Shown here: positions 44,510 through 57,079 of the stretch, piece after piece
Numbering within the stretch: the stretch's first letter is position 1
Layout of the letters: every line of letters begins with the position of its first letter
NCBI GenBank assembly: GCA_951406725.2
Contig: OX597827.1
Coordinates: 12,896,001-12,960,000, forward strand
Length of the DNA stretch: 64,000 bases
Source: Octopus vulgaris
Lineage: Eukaryota
Direction: 5' to 3'
Translations under genes and position numbers: made by a program
Notes under the pieces: model-generated
What the model was told of the DNA's origin: nothing
The model's database searches: none
The model's input: only the letters and a program-made list of their open reading frames with translations

Positions 44510-44870
44510 AGAAGTTGTCAAGTGGTATCCAGCTTTCCTTGGGTGTTTCAACCATTAAACTACAACACCTTCCAGTTTGTAGGTCACCAGCGATGACCAG
44601 TCACTATCCATCATCTTCTGGCATTCTGTTCAACTCCTTCTGTTTGTTCCCAAGTGAGCATGAGGTCCTTCCTGCTTCCTTTTCCAAATTGCATATAGAT
44701 GTTTTCCTTTCCCTTCCTGTCACCCCCAGAGCTATTAGTGCCTTGCACATAGGCTATGCAAGGAGCTCCTGAAGACCATTTCAGTTGAAGAATCCGGATT
44801 TGTAATCCCTATATTATTGGATCAGTTCAGGTCTAGTTCCTATGCTGGCAAGGTTTGGATAAAGCACAAG
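44510..44870 (-). mobile_element. Hero-like (RLE) non-LTR retrotransposon 3' fragment
   Basis: Minus strand MCKALIALGVTGRERKTSICNLEKEAGRTSCSL resembles the Hero ORF C-terminus (..ALGVTG..RK.A.....EAAE.AS.WLW); downstream gaaacacccaag resembles Hero 3' UTRs; 45120-45400 may be its upstream continuation. Confidence 0.6.
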
Positions 44871-44889
44871 AAATCAAGTTAGTTCTTAA

Positions 44890-45110
44890 CCCTTTCATTA
44901 CTGTATTTATTTTGAGATTCTCTGTTTTTCTCTCAATTATTTTAAATGTAACAAAGAATTTAGTAAAATAACTTAGTTATCATTAATCTAGTGTTAGGAA
45001 CATTAATTGTGACTAAGGTTTGGTGAAAGATTTTAATTCAAAACTTATGAAAACAAGACATTTGTACTACAAAGCCAGAGCTGGTTTCAGCCGGGTTAGT
45101 AACGAAAGGG
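44890..45110. mobile_element. piggyBac-type non-autonomous element (MITE), 221 bp
   Basis: TTAA at 44886-44889 and 45111-45114; termini CCCTTTCATTAC / GTAACGAAAGGG (11/12 inverted match). Confidence 0.85.
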
Positions 45111-45541
45111 TTAATGCTTTCATCGATATGCTGAGAAAACATAGTTTGCTTGTATGGCTATTTTTGCTTAGATCCTATGGTTAGGTGTCCTTCATATAAT
45201 AGAGCATAGAGGATGTGACCATTGCAAAGGACATTGGCATGATCTTGGCAGGAGTTATGAGTCCTCTCTATTTCATTTTCTTCCCATGTGATGTTAAGAA
45301 GGTTATCAGCTGCAGAAATCATGCCGAAGTAGACATTGCAATATGATGCAGTTCTCACAGCCCTTGGATCCAGTCAGGCAATTAACCATTACCAGAATGG
45401 AATGCAGATATTAAATGATAGTTCTGGTGCTACAGCTGCACAGTGGGGTGGCATCATTCAAAAGATAAAGTGATACAAAGCACATTGTGACTAGTGATGT
45501 ATAAAAACATCCAGTAGCCTAATCAATCATATGATCATGTG

Positions 45542-45590
<49 letters not shown>

Positions 45591-45705
45591 TACATATAAG
45601 AGGGATGATCACTAAGTGGACATCCATTATGCTTAAATTTATATATATATATATATACACAGTTATATATAAACATACACATATATCATACCTAACCTGA
45701 CCATA

Positions 45706-45751
<46 letters not shown>

Positions 45752-45763
45752 TATATATATGAT

Positions 45764-46158
45764 AAAAGAAGGAAGATGAACACAGTTTACATAGTTATAA
45801 TATATTTTTTTATATATTCTATAAGTAAAAGAGTATTGTGTTTGTCGACTGGTTTCGCTTTCACTAATCCTGACATTGAAATTATTGTAATTTTGCATTA
45901 AGGAAATTTTAGTTCATATTTGTGTGCGGAGAAGTTTGTGAAATGATTCATTCAACAAGTGAATGAATCATTCATTCACAAACTTCTCCACACACAACAT
46001 GGACTAAAGTCTTCGTAAGAACATACAAAATTACAATAAGTCCAATGTTGGTATTAACGAAAGCAAAACCAGTCAGCAAGCACAATACTCTTTCAATTAT
46101 AAAATATATTGAAAGATATATTAAAACTATGTAAACTGTGTGCTTCTTTCTTCTTTTA
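45764..46158. repeat. ~395-bp imperfect palindrome (foldback)
   Basis: Arms pair end to end (aaaagaaggaaga..cacagtttacatagtt / aactatgtaaactgtg..ttctttcttctttt; gagtattgtg / cacaatactc; ggagaagtttgtgaa / ttcacaaacttctcc); centre near 45957. Confidence 0.88.
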
Positions 46159-47025
46159 TTTCATATAGATATTTTTTGCATTACAGCTGACCACATGGGA
46201 ATAACTGAAATTGTCCTCCTCCCCTTTTGTTATTCAAGTTTATCACACAGTCACTTATTTCTCTATATTTGTCACAGATTGTCTGACCGAAAACTCTCAG
46301 ATTTTGCGATTCTATTTTACTATTATCAACATTTGCTGTCTCTTTAAATTATGCTACACAAATCCCAAAAGAATATTTTTCTCCCTCATGTTCTGACCAC
46401 CTTAACTCTGGTACCCCATCACTCTGTCTCTCTCTCTCTCTCTCTCTCAGCCTCACTCTGTCTGTCTGTCTGTCTCTCTCTCTCGGCCTCTCTCTCTCGG
46501 CCTCACTCTGTCTCTCTCTCTCTCTCTCTGCCTCACTCTGTCTCTCTCTCTGTGCCTCTCTCTCTCTCTCTCTCTCTCTCGGCCTCACTCTGTCTCTCTC
46601 TCTCTCTCTCTCAGCCTCACTCTATGTGTCTCTCTCTCTCTTTCGATTACCATTCGCTTTGCCAAGATTTCCTCCTCCACCACCGGCCCCACCCTATATA
46701 AACTAGTGCATGCACTCGGATTCCCCTACTCGATTTTTTAATACCTCCACCGAAAGAATACATATCCAGAAGATGCCCTCGTCTAAATTTGCTAGTTTGC
46801 GGTATGCCTGCCCTCCCACCCCTCCACCTGTACTGGAAGTTCCTATCCTCTGTCATTCCTTGGTTGTCTCCCATGAACACTTCTAAAGGCTTTACGCCAT
46901 CCCCACCCCTACTTAGGGTTTATCTTCTATGTAAGGTAGTGATCATACAGAGCATAAATATGATGGTGTAGTGCATGCAGGTTGAATTGAAGGCTATTGT
47001 TTGTTTATGAATTCTGCCAATTCTT

Positions 47026-48899
47026 GTTGACAGGGCTATTAGAGAAAAGAAACAGGCTTGGAAGGACTGGAAGAACGGTGGCAGCAGGGAATTGTATCAG
47101 ACTGCCAGATGCTATATTTCTGGTAAGACAGCTGCAGGAGAAATACCTAGCCAAAGACAAACCTCTGTACCTGGCTTTCGTTGACATGAAGAAAGATTTT
47201 GACAGAGTCCCCCAATCCCCTATCTGGTGGTCAATGAAAAAATTAGGGCTAGATGAAGGGTTAGTGAGAGCTGTGCAAGCCATGTACAGGGATGCTGTCA
47301 GTAAGGTGAGGGTTGGCAACGAGGACATGAAGAATTCCAGGTAGAGGTAGTGGTCCACCAAGGTTCAGTCCTCCAGGCAATAGCAGAGGAATTCAAGAAT
47401 GATGCTCCTGGGAGCTCCTCTATGTTGACGATCTTGCTCTAATTGCTGAATCACTATCAGAACAAGAGGAGAAGTTTCAGGTGTGGAAGCAAGGATTAGA
47501 ATCGGAAGACCTTAGAGTCAACCTAGCTAAAACCAAAGTCCTAATAAGGAGGAAGGCAGACAAACCACAAATACCTTCAGGTAGATGGCCCTGCTCGATC
47601 TGTAGAAAAGGCGTCGGTAGAAACTCTATAAGATGTACCCAGTGTAAGCTATGGACACATCAGAGGTGCAGCAATATTAAAAGGAAGGCTAACCGGGAGG
47701 ATAGTTTTCGTATGTGGCAGATGCTCAGGAGCAATAAATACTGAAAATGTGCAGAGAACAACTTCCGCCACATTCCAGGGAGAAAAACTAGAAGTAGTTG
47801 ATAGCTTCTGTTACCTAGGTGACCAAATCAGTAGCAGGAGAGTGTGCACTGAAAGTGTAGCTGCTAGAATAAGAATAGCCTGGGCAAAGTTCAGAGAGCT
47901 CTTACCTCTTGCTCAGTGTAAAAGGTAGACTGTATGACACATGTGTACAAACAGCCATGCTACATGGCAGTGAAACATGGGCTGTGACTGCTAAGGACAT
48001 GCGTAAGCTCACAAGGAATGAAGCTAGTATGCTCTGCTGGATGTGTAATGTCAGTGTGCATACTCGACAGAGTGTTAGTGCCCTGAGAGAAAGGTTGGAC
48101 CTAAGAAGCATCAGATGTGGTGTGCAAGAGAGACAACTGCGCTGGTATGGTCATGTGGCAAGAATGGATGTGGATAGCTGTATGAAAAAGTGCCACACCC
48201 TAGTGGTTGAGGGAACCTGTGGAAGAGGTAGACCCAGGAAGACCTGGGCTGAGGTGGTGAGCATGACCTTCAAACACTAGGCCTCAACAGGGCAATGACT
48301 AGTGACCAAGACCTTTGAAAATATGCAGTGCGTGAGAAGACCTGGCAAGCCAAGTGAGATCATAATCCGTGGCCTATGCCAGGGGTGTAACCAGCCCACT
48401 TATGCATACCTTTCCTTCATTGGACACTAAACTCTGCTTGTGAAGACTTGTTGAGAAAGTGAAGTCGTAATTGAATCAAATTCAATAACTGGCCTGTGGA
48501 GTGCTAAGAGCATCAAACGAGTATGATCGTTCTCAGAGCAGCTGACTAGCTTCCATGCCGGTGGCACATAAAAATTGCTGGTGGCACGAGAAAAAACATT
48601 CGAGTGAGATTGTTGCCAGTGCTGCTGGACTGGATCCTGTGCAGGTGGCAATGTAAAAACAGCATTTGAGTGTGGCCATTGCCAGTATCGCCTGACTGGC
48701 CCTCATGCCGGTAGCACGTAAAAGAACCCACTGCACTCTCAGAATGGTTGGCGTTAGGAAGGGCATCCACCTGTAGAAATTCTGCCAGATCAAGACTGGA
48801 GCTTGGTGCAGCCATCTGGTTTGCCAGTCCTCAGTCAAATCGTCCAATCATCCAACCCATTCTTGCATGGAAAGCAGACATTAAACAATGATGATGATG

Positions 48900-48901
<2 letters not shown>
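47026..48901 (+). mobile_element. RTE-clade LINE, 5'-truncated and internally deleted (RT pseudogene, 3' UTR, (GAT)n tail)
   Basis: DAIFLVRQLQEKY..LYLAFVDMKKDFDRVP; HQGSVL; LLYVDDLALI (47421); RVNLAKTKVL; FCYLGD; RLYDTCVQTAMLHGSETW; QLRWYGHVARM; GRGRPRKTW; stop near 48358; 3' end matches the dispersed family B fragments. Confidence 0.95.
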
Positions 48902-48930
<29 letters not shown>

Positions 48931-49130
48931 CATATGGATATATATAAAATGTTGCTGTTGGAATGCAAGCCAGACTCACTGGTCAACTAAGTGGGAGCTC
49001 TGATGTTTAAAAGTGTAAAAACTTTATGACCCCAGGTTCATCACTGCTGGTGCAAACTGCTGCATCGCTGAGATGTATCGTAAAGCCAAACTAATTTATA
49101 TGTGTGGTATGTTTGTGCATATATGTATGT

Positions 49131-49175
<45 letters not shown>

Positions 49176-49456
49176 TATATACATATGTATATATATGTGT
49201 ATATATATAAATACATATGTGTGTGTATATATATATATGCATATACACACACATATACATATGAATACATATACAAACATACACTCATGCATATGTGCAT
49301 ACACATGATCTGCTAAATACATGTACGCTCATTAATAGATAAGCATGTATGGTGCAGTATTTACTTTTGATGCACAAGCACATATGCACATGTATGCATG
49401 TGCATGCAAAGACACAAGCACACACTAACATAGACAAAGGAAAATACACATATATC

Positions 49457-49531
<75 letters not shown>

Positions 49532-49542
49532 GTATATATGTA

Positions 49543-49593
<51 letters not shown>

Positions 49594-49594
49594 G

Positions 49595-49628
<34 letters not shown>

Positions 49629-50098
49629 TACATACACATACATAAACATAAAGACAGAACTCAAACTAGCGCCATATCTCCATGCATACATGAAACACAA
49701 GGAAAAAGATACACACATGCACACACACACGCATATCTTTGCATATGTATCTTTGAATACATGTATTTATATATATACATGTACACACACACACATACAC
49801 ATGCACACACACGCACTCATACACACAGGGTAAATTCTACTTTATTACTTGATTGGAGCATTGTTTCTCAGCTAAAATCTATTATTCTATTAATGGGAAG
49901 CAGACATCTTTCTAGAAATAGCTTTGCTATAGATTAACAGAAAATCCAATTTCCACTCTAAAAGATGATATTGTTTTTCCTGTTTATTCTTAGGTGATGT
50001 TGCTGTGGTGGTTGTTGCTGTTGCTGTTGTTGTTTTATTAATTTATTTTCTTGTTTCTGTATTTATTTTCTATTTCTATTTATTTTTATTTTCTCTTA

Positions 50099-50180
<82 letters not shown>

Positions 50181-50374
50181 TACATATGTATATATACATA
50201 TGTATATATATATATATATATATACACATATATATATACATATATATATTTATTTATTTATATATATACAGTGAGAGAAAGAGATGTGTATGTGTGTGTG
50301 TGTCCATCTATATGTATTCATGCACACACATGTGTATATGTGTATATACATATATATATGTGCATGTGTTGGTG

Positions 50375-50405
<31 letters not shown>

Positions 50406-50836
50406 ATATGGATTGATTCTTTAGTATCTTTCAGAAATATTCCCACTGACTCTGTTCTGTTCTGTCATGAGAAGGCAATTAGTGTACACGTTCCCCATGA
50501 ATAAATCATAGGGCGTTGAGGGGAGGGGAATTCCTAGCAACTTAACATCACTTAGGTATTAGTTTTATCTCACACTGCTACGAAAGAATATTGAAGCTTT
50601 AGGTTATATATATGCGTGTATGTGTTCAAATTATATGTGCGTGTGCTTGTGACTCTGTGTGTGTATGTGTGTATGATTGTGTGTTGCTATGTACTCATGT
50701 GGGTATGTGTATAGGCATGAATATATATATATATGGATGTGTATGTTTATGTATGTAATATATAAATAGATAGATACATTTTTATTAACGCATGGGCATC
50801 GTACATGTATATATGGGCAAGTATAAATGTAAATTC

Positions 50837-50877
<41 letters not shown>

Positions 50878-51624
50878 TATGTGTGTATGTATGTATATAC
50901 ATATATACACATACACATACGTACACACTCACACACACACATATATATATATTTTAACGCATGGGCATCATACATGTATATATGGGCGAGTATAAATGTA
51001 AATTCATATGTATATATATATGTATATATATGTATATGTGTGTGTGTGTATGTATATACATATATACACATACACATATATGCACACTCACACGCAAACA
51101 CATATATATATATATATATATACATGTATAGATATATGTGTATATACATATCTATATATATGTATAGGTATGCATGTATATAATATATATATATATATAC
51201 ATGTGTATGTATGCGCATTGGTATGCACACAATATATGTGTATCTATTTTCAATAAAAAGGCTGTAAATGAATAATAATGTTAAATCTATTGATTTTTAC
51301 ACCTTAAATCTATTTTCATTTATTATTGTCAATGCTGTTGTTACTGTTTTCTCTATAATTTATTTTCTTTCTACATTTGAATGGTGGAGGAGTGCACAGT
51401 GATAGTTATAGCAGAAAAGTTGGTGTGAGCACGAGTTGTCATTGTATGTATGCACACATGTGCGTGTGTGTGTGAATACATATATACATGCATTTGAAAG
51501 TATGTGTGGGCATAATTCTATACGTGTGTGCACGTGTGTGGTTCTGTATGTCTGTGAGCGTGTTTGCTTTGTTTTGATTCCTTCTATTTTCTCAACTTAA
51601 TAGAATTTATATTTCGTTGTTCAG

Positions 51625-51660
51625 ACTATTACGCTGATCCGAATGGTCCATATTATATTG
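51625..51660 (+). CDS. Candidate 36-nt micro-exon, (D)YYADPNGPYYI
   Basis: Acceptor atttcgttgttcAG; CpG-containing coding-like island in AT-rich flanks; only a non-canonical GC donor (TTG|GCATGC) is available. Confidence 0.2.
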
Positions 51661-51817
51661 GCATGCCATATTACTATCAGCATTTTTATAGTTTTCATTT
51701 TAAAAATATTTTCTCTATATTTTTTTCTTCCTTGAATTTTGTTATGAATTTAATTTAATATAATAATGCAAAAATAAAACATATATACATACATAATACA
51801 TATATACATATATATAC

Positions 51818-51860
<43 letters not shown>

Positions 51861-51871
51861 TATATGTGTGT

Positions 51872-51913
<42 letters not shown>

Positions 51914-52457
51914 GTGTGTATATTTATATCAGAACGCAAAGTGAAATTTTTGAAAGAAAATGAATAGAAATAAAAATATTCAAAATCTGTTTATTTGTTT
52001 GTTTGTTTGTTTATTTATTTATTCCTTCGATGGTTTTGTTAAAAACTGTTTGCTGTTTTAATTGGAATTCATTTCTCAATTGCATATTTGAAGATGGCCA
52101 TCAAAAAAGATATTGTGTTTTTCCCATTGTGAGGATCAGAAAGCAAAAGGCCATGAGTTTTGATTACAAAAATAAAAATTGCTTGCCACGGCAGTAGTGA
52201 AAGGCATAGAAAGGTAATAAAAAAAATAAAAAAAATAAAAAATAAAAAAGTGACAAATAAATAAACAAATAAATAAAAAAAATATACAAAAGGAAAAAAA
52301 AATAAATAAGAAGAAAGGCGGAATGAAATAAAACGAAGGAAAGGGAATAAATTAAAACCAAACGATAGCTGAAGCAATAACAAATGAAATGAAACAAAAA
52401 ACAATTGATGGAAAAGAAACAGTAAAAAATACAAAAAAACATACGGCAGTGTTACTA

Positions 52458-52536
<79 letters not shown>

Positions 52537-52551
52537 TATTATCATCATCAA

Positions 52552-52623
<72 letters not shown>

Positions 52624-52634
52624 TATTATCATCA

Positions 52635-52708
<74 letters not shown>

Positions 52709-53065
52709 GTTATTACCATTATTATTTATTATGATTATGATTATTATTGTTGTTGTTGTTGTCGTTATTGCAAGGCGTTTGGGATGGAAGTCATGATTCT
52801 CAATCAAAGAAAAATAGTTGACATGTGAAAATTGAATTTCAGTTCATAATTCATACTAACTTCACTAGTGATTCCTTATAGTGATGGACTTTTCTTTTAT
52901 CCCTACCGCATCGTCATCACAGCAGTGATGATGGCCAACAAAGCAGCAATCTAATATCTCTTTCTACAGACAAGAATTGTACAGAGGGAGTAGCGCTTTT
53001 TTTCTTGTTCTTTTTTTTTTTTTTTTTTTTTGGTTTAGCTTTCTTTTTTTTTTTTTTTTTCCTAG

Positions 53066-53097
53066 ATGATGGGAATCCTCTGTCGCCGACTGACTGA
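53066..53097 (+). CDS. Candidate terminal coding exon, (D)DGNPLSPTD*
   Basis: Very strong poly-T tract followed by cctAG; phase compatible with the 51625-51660 candidate. Confidence 0.2.
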
Positions 53098-53189
53098 ATG
53101 TTATGCACAGTTGCACCTATCACTTTATTTACTCATCCATGTCAATAATAATATGTTACTGTTCAACTCTGCACTATAAACAACTGTCC

Positions 53190-53260
53190 TCATTGTCATC
53201 ATCATCCTGACCATCATCATCATCATCAACCTGATCATCATCATCACCATCATCATCCTG

Positions 53261-53292
<32 letters not shown>

Positions 53293-53293
53293 G

Positions 53294-53383
<90 letters not shown>

Positions 53384-53497
53384 GTCATCATCATCATCAT
53401 CATCATCATCATTATCATCATCATCATCATCATCTTGACCATCATTCTGACCATCATCATTATCATCATCATCATCATCATCTTGACCATCATCCTG

Positions 53498-53586
<89 letters not shown>

Positions 53587-53625
53587 TATCATCATCATCA
53601 TCATCATCTTGACCATCATTCTGAC

Positions 53626-53705
<80 letters not shown>

Positions 53706-53740
53706 CTCATCATCATCATCATCATCATCACTATCATCAA
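53190..53740. repeat. (CAT)n array with higher-order variants (catcttgaccatcattctgac)
   Basis: Direct inspection. Confidence 0.95.
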
Positions 53741-53862
53741 CTTCCTCCTCAGCAATACCATCAATACCCTCACCGACGATAATCCCCACAACCAACACCG
53801 CTACCATCACCACTACAACAATCATCATCACTATCGTCATTGTCATAATCACTGTTATCGTC

Positions 53863-53893
<31 letters not shown>

Positions 53894-53994
53894 ACATCAT
53901 CCTTATCATTATCATCTCCTCCGCCCACACCCACAGCGACCACTACTACTACTGCCACAGTCGACATCATCATTATTGTCATTGTCATTGATGT

Positions 53995-54035
<41 letters not shown>

Positions 54036-54266
54036 TCTCTGGCAGCAACAGAAGCATCATCACTATCATCAACAACATCATCAATAGAATCATCGTTACC
54101 ACCACTACCCTCATGAATGCCAAAACCACTAAACTCCCCCTCCTCCTCCTCCACTTCCTTATCATCACCCTCATCATCATGACCAATATTAATCTGTTTC
54201 ACTGGACAGAGAATCAATCTCAAGTTAAGATTTGTAGGCATTTAACTGAACTGATCTATATATCAC

Positions 54267-54304
<38 letters not shown>

Positions 54305-54339
54305 GTACATATATATATATATGTATGTATATATGTATA

Positions 54340-54381
<42 letters not shown>

Positions 54382-54400
54382 TATAAGTATATATATATAA

Positions 54401-54446
<46 letters not shown>

Positions 54447-54455
54447 GTATGTACA

Positions 54456-54500
<45 letters not shown>

Positions 54501-54502
54501 AC

Positions 54503-54552
<50 letters not shown>

Positions 54553-54650
54553 ATATATATATATGTACATATATGTATATATGTATGTATACATATGTAT
54601 ATATATATATATGTATATATATATATGTACATATATGTATATATATATAA

Positions 54651-54687
<37 letters not shown>

Positions 54688-54706
54688 TATATGTATATAT
54701 ATGTAC

Positions 54707-54738
<32 letters not shown>

Positions 54739-55220
54739 GTATATATATATGTTACTGGTTTTCAGTGTTATCACCGACAACCTCTGTTGTTTCTGTGGCA
54801 TGACAAAATGCACCAAGTCCACTAGTCTATACTATAAATGTTTAGCAATTAGGAAAGCAACCAGCTGTAAAACTAAGAAGAAAAAAAAAAAACCATACTC
54901 CCAAAAATATAATTAAATAACAACAAAGATTATGAGTAACACATTTACAAAGACTAGTGATTTTTCTCTGTTGCTTTGTGCGTGTCTGTCTCTTTCGCCA
55001 ATGTTATATTGGTAAAAGACGCAAAACTGAAAAAAACCTGTACTTTTTTTCTATGAAGCTCCTTACAATATTTGTTCTGTCCTGACTTGCATGATCCATG
55101 ACGAAATGCATTCCAGTCATGACCATTCCATTTGTATATCTAAGACAACATTGGCCAATATGTCCGTTGTAGTTAGTGAGCTGACCAGTGATCAAAGCTG
55201 CACCAGCTCTTGATCATCCC

Positions 55221-55359
55221 ATTTCTTTCTTTCTTTCTTTCCTTCTTTCTTTCTTTCTTTCTTTCTTCTTTCTTCCTTCCTTCCTTCCTTCCTTCCTCCT
55301 TTCCTTCTTTCCTTTCTTTCTTTCTTTCTTCCTCTCTGTCTTCCATTATTTCTTCCTTC

Positions 55360-55392
<33 letters not shown>

Positions 55393-55454
55393 TTCCTTCT
55401 GCCTTCCTTTCTTCCTTCTTTATTTCCTTTCTTTCTTTCTTTCTTTCTTTCTTC

Positions 55455-55491
<37 letters not shown>

Positions 55492-55522
55492 TTTCTTTCT
55501 TTCTTTCTTTTTTTCTTTCTTT
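55221..55522. repeat. (TTTC)n/(TTCC)n polypyrimidine tract
   Basis: Direct inspection. Confidence 0.95.
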
Positions 55523-55999
55523 TGGATAATATTTTGCATATTTAAAACTACACTTGTCCAATGTATTCTCCAGTGCTTTCTAATTAAAGAGACTAGGATT
55601 TGATTTGAGGGACATTTGGCTGCTATTGTGGAGCAGCACTATTCAACACCTACGATGATGACAACAAACAACAACAACAACAACAACGACTCTACATCTA
55701 CCACAACCACTATGAAAACCAACATTAGTACATCCCTGTCACCAACAAGGCTACCTACCACCAGCCAAGGAGGAAGCCCTTATTTCAATGCTAATTCTGA
55801 TAGAAAAGGCAACCATTTTCTTCCTCAATTTTCCAACAAACAAGATGCTATTGTTGAAACTAGAACGTCTTGGATTATACATAATCTTGTTCAATGAAAT
55901 TGCTAATACTGCTATCAAGAATTTGAAAGAATGTGAGGAACTTAATCTTGGCTAACAAAAATTGGTACATGCATAGCCACATGATTAAGATTTGCACTA

Positions 56000-56215
56000 T
56001 ACTCTTTTACTCTTTTACTTCTAACAGTCATTTGACTGCGGCCATGCTGGAGCACCGCCTTTAATCGAGCAACTCGACCCCGGGACTTATTCTTTTGTAA
56101 GCCCAGTACTTATTCTATCGGTCTCTTTTGCCGAACCGCTAAGTAACAGGGACGTAAACACACCAGCATCGGTTGTCAAGCAATGGTGGAGGGACAAACA
56201 CAGACACACAAACAT

Positions 56216-56254
<39 letters not shown>

Positions 56255-56415
56255 ACAGACTTCTTTCCGTTTCCATTTACCAAATCCACTCACAAGGCAT
56301 TGGTCGGCCCAAGGCTATAGCAGAAAACACTTGCCCAAGATGCCACACAGTGGGACTGAACCCGGAACCATGTGGTTGGTAAGCGAGCTACTTACCACAC
56401 AGCCACTCCTGCACC
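56000..56415 (-). mobile_element. SINE family A, full length
   Basis: Same structure. Confidence 0.93.
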
Positions 56416-56561
56416 TATGCTGCTTTTTGGTTGTCTTCTTAGTTCAAAATACAATATCTTAGGCATTCTTTGATAATTTCAGAGTGACCGATATATTGTG
56501 AGTGAAATCTGGCAGTTGTAAATTGTATAGAGACCAACATATATATCTATATTTACATATA

Positions 56562-57079
56562 GGTGCAGGAGTGGCTGTGTGGTAAGTAGCTTGCTTACCA
56601 ACCATATGGCTCCGGGTTCAGTCCCACTGTGTGGCACATTGGGCAAGTGTCTTCTACTATAGCCTCGGGCTGACCAAAGCCTTGTGAGTGGATTTGGTAG
56701 ACGGAAACGGAAAGAAGCCCATCGTATGTATGTATATGTATGTATGCATGCATGCATGCATGCATGTATGTATGTAGGTATGTATGTATTTATGTATGTA
56801 TGTATGTATTTATGTATGTATGCATGTATGTATGTATGTATTTATGTATGTATGTATGTATGTATGTATGTATGTATGCATGCATGTATGTATGTATGTA
56901 TGTATGTATGTATGTATGTATGTATGTGTGTGTATATGTTTGTGTGTGTGTCTGTGTGTCGCCAACATCGATTGACAACCGATGCTGATGTGTTTACGTC
57001 CCAGTAACTTAGCAGTTCGGCAAAAGAGACCGATAGAATAAGTACTACACTTACAAAGAATAAGTCCTGGAGTCGATTT
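56562..57079 (+). mobile_element. SINE family A with expanded central (TATG)n, 3' end missing
   Basis: Head ggtgcaggagtggctgtgtggtaagtagc; ~215-bp (TATG)n; stops at gtcctggagtcgattt where the next copy begins. Confidence 0.92.

Noticed and set aside
46997-48280. RT ORFs as an active or domesticated reverse transcriptase gene
   Set aside because: Frameshifts, stops, internal deletions and no endonuclease domain indicate a dead LINE copy
55616-55897. 93-aa ORF with T/N/S-rich sequence
   Set aside because: Starts inside a family D repeat remnant, includes an (AAC)n run, and has no splice or homology support
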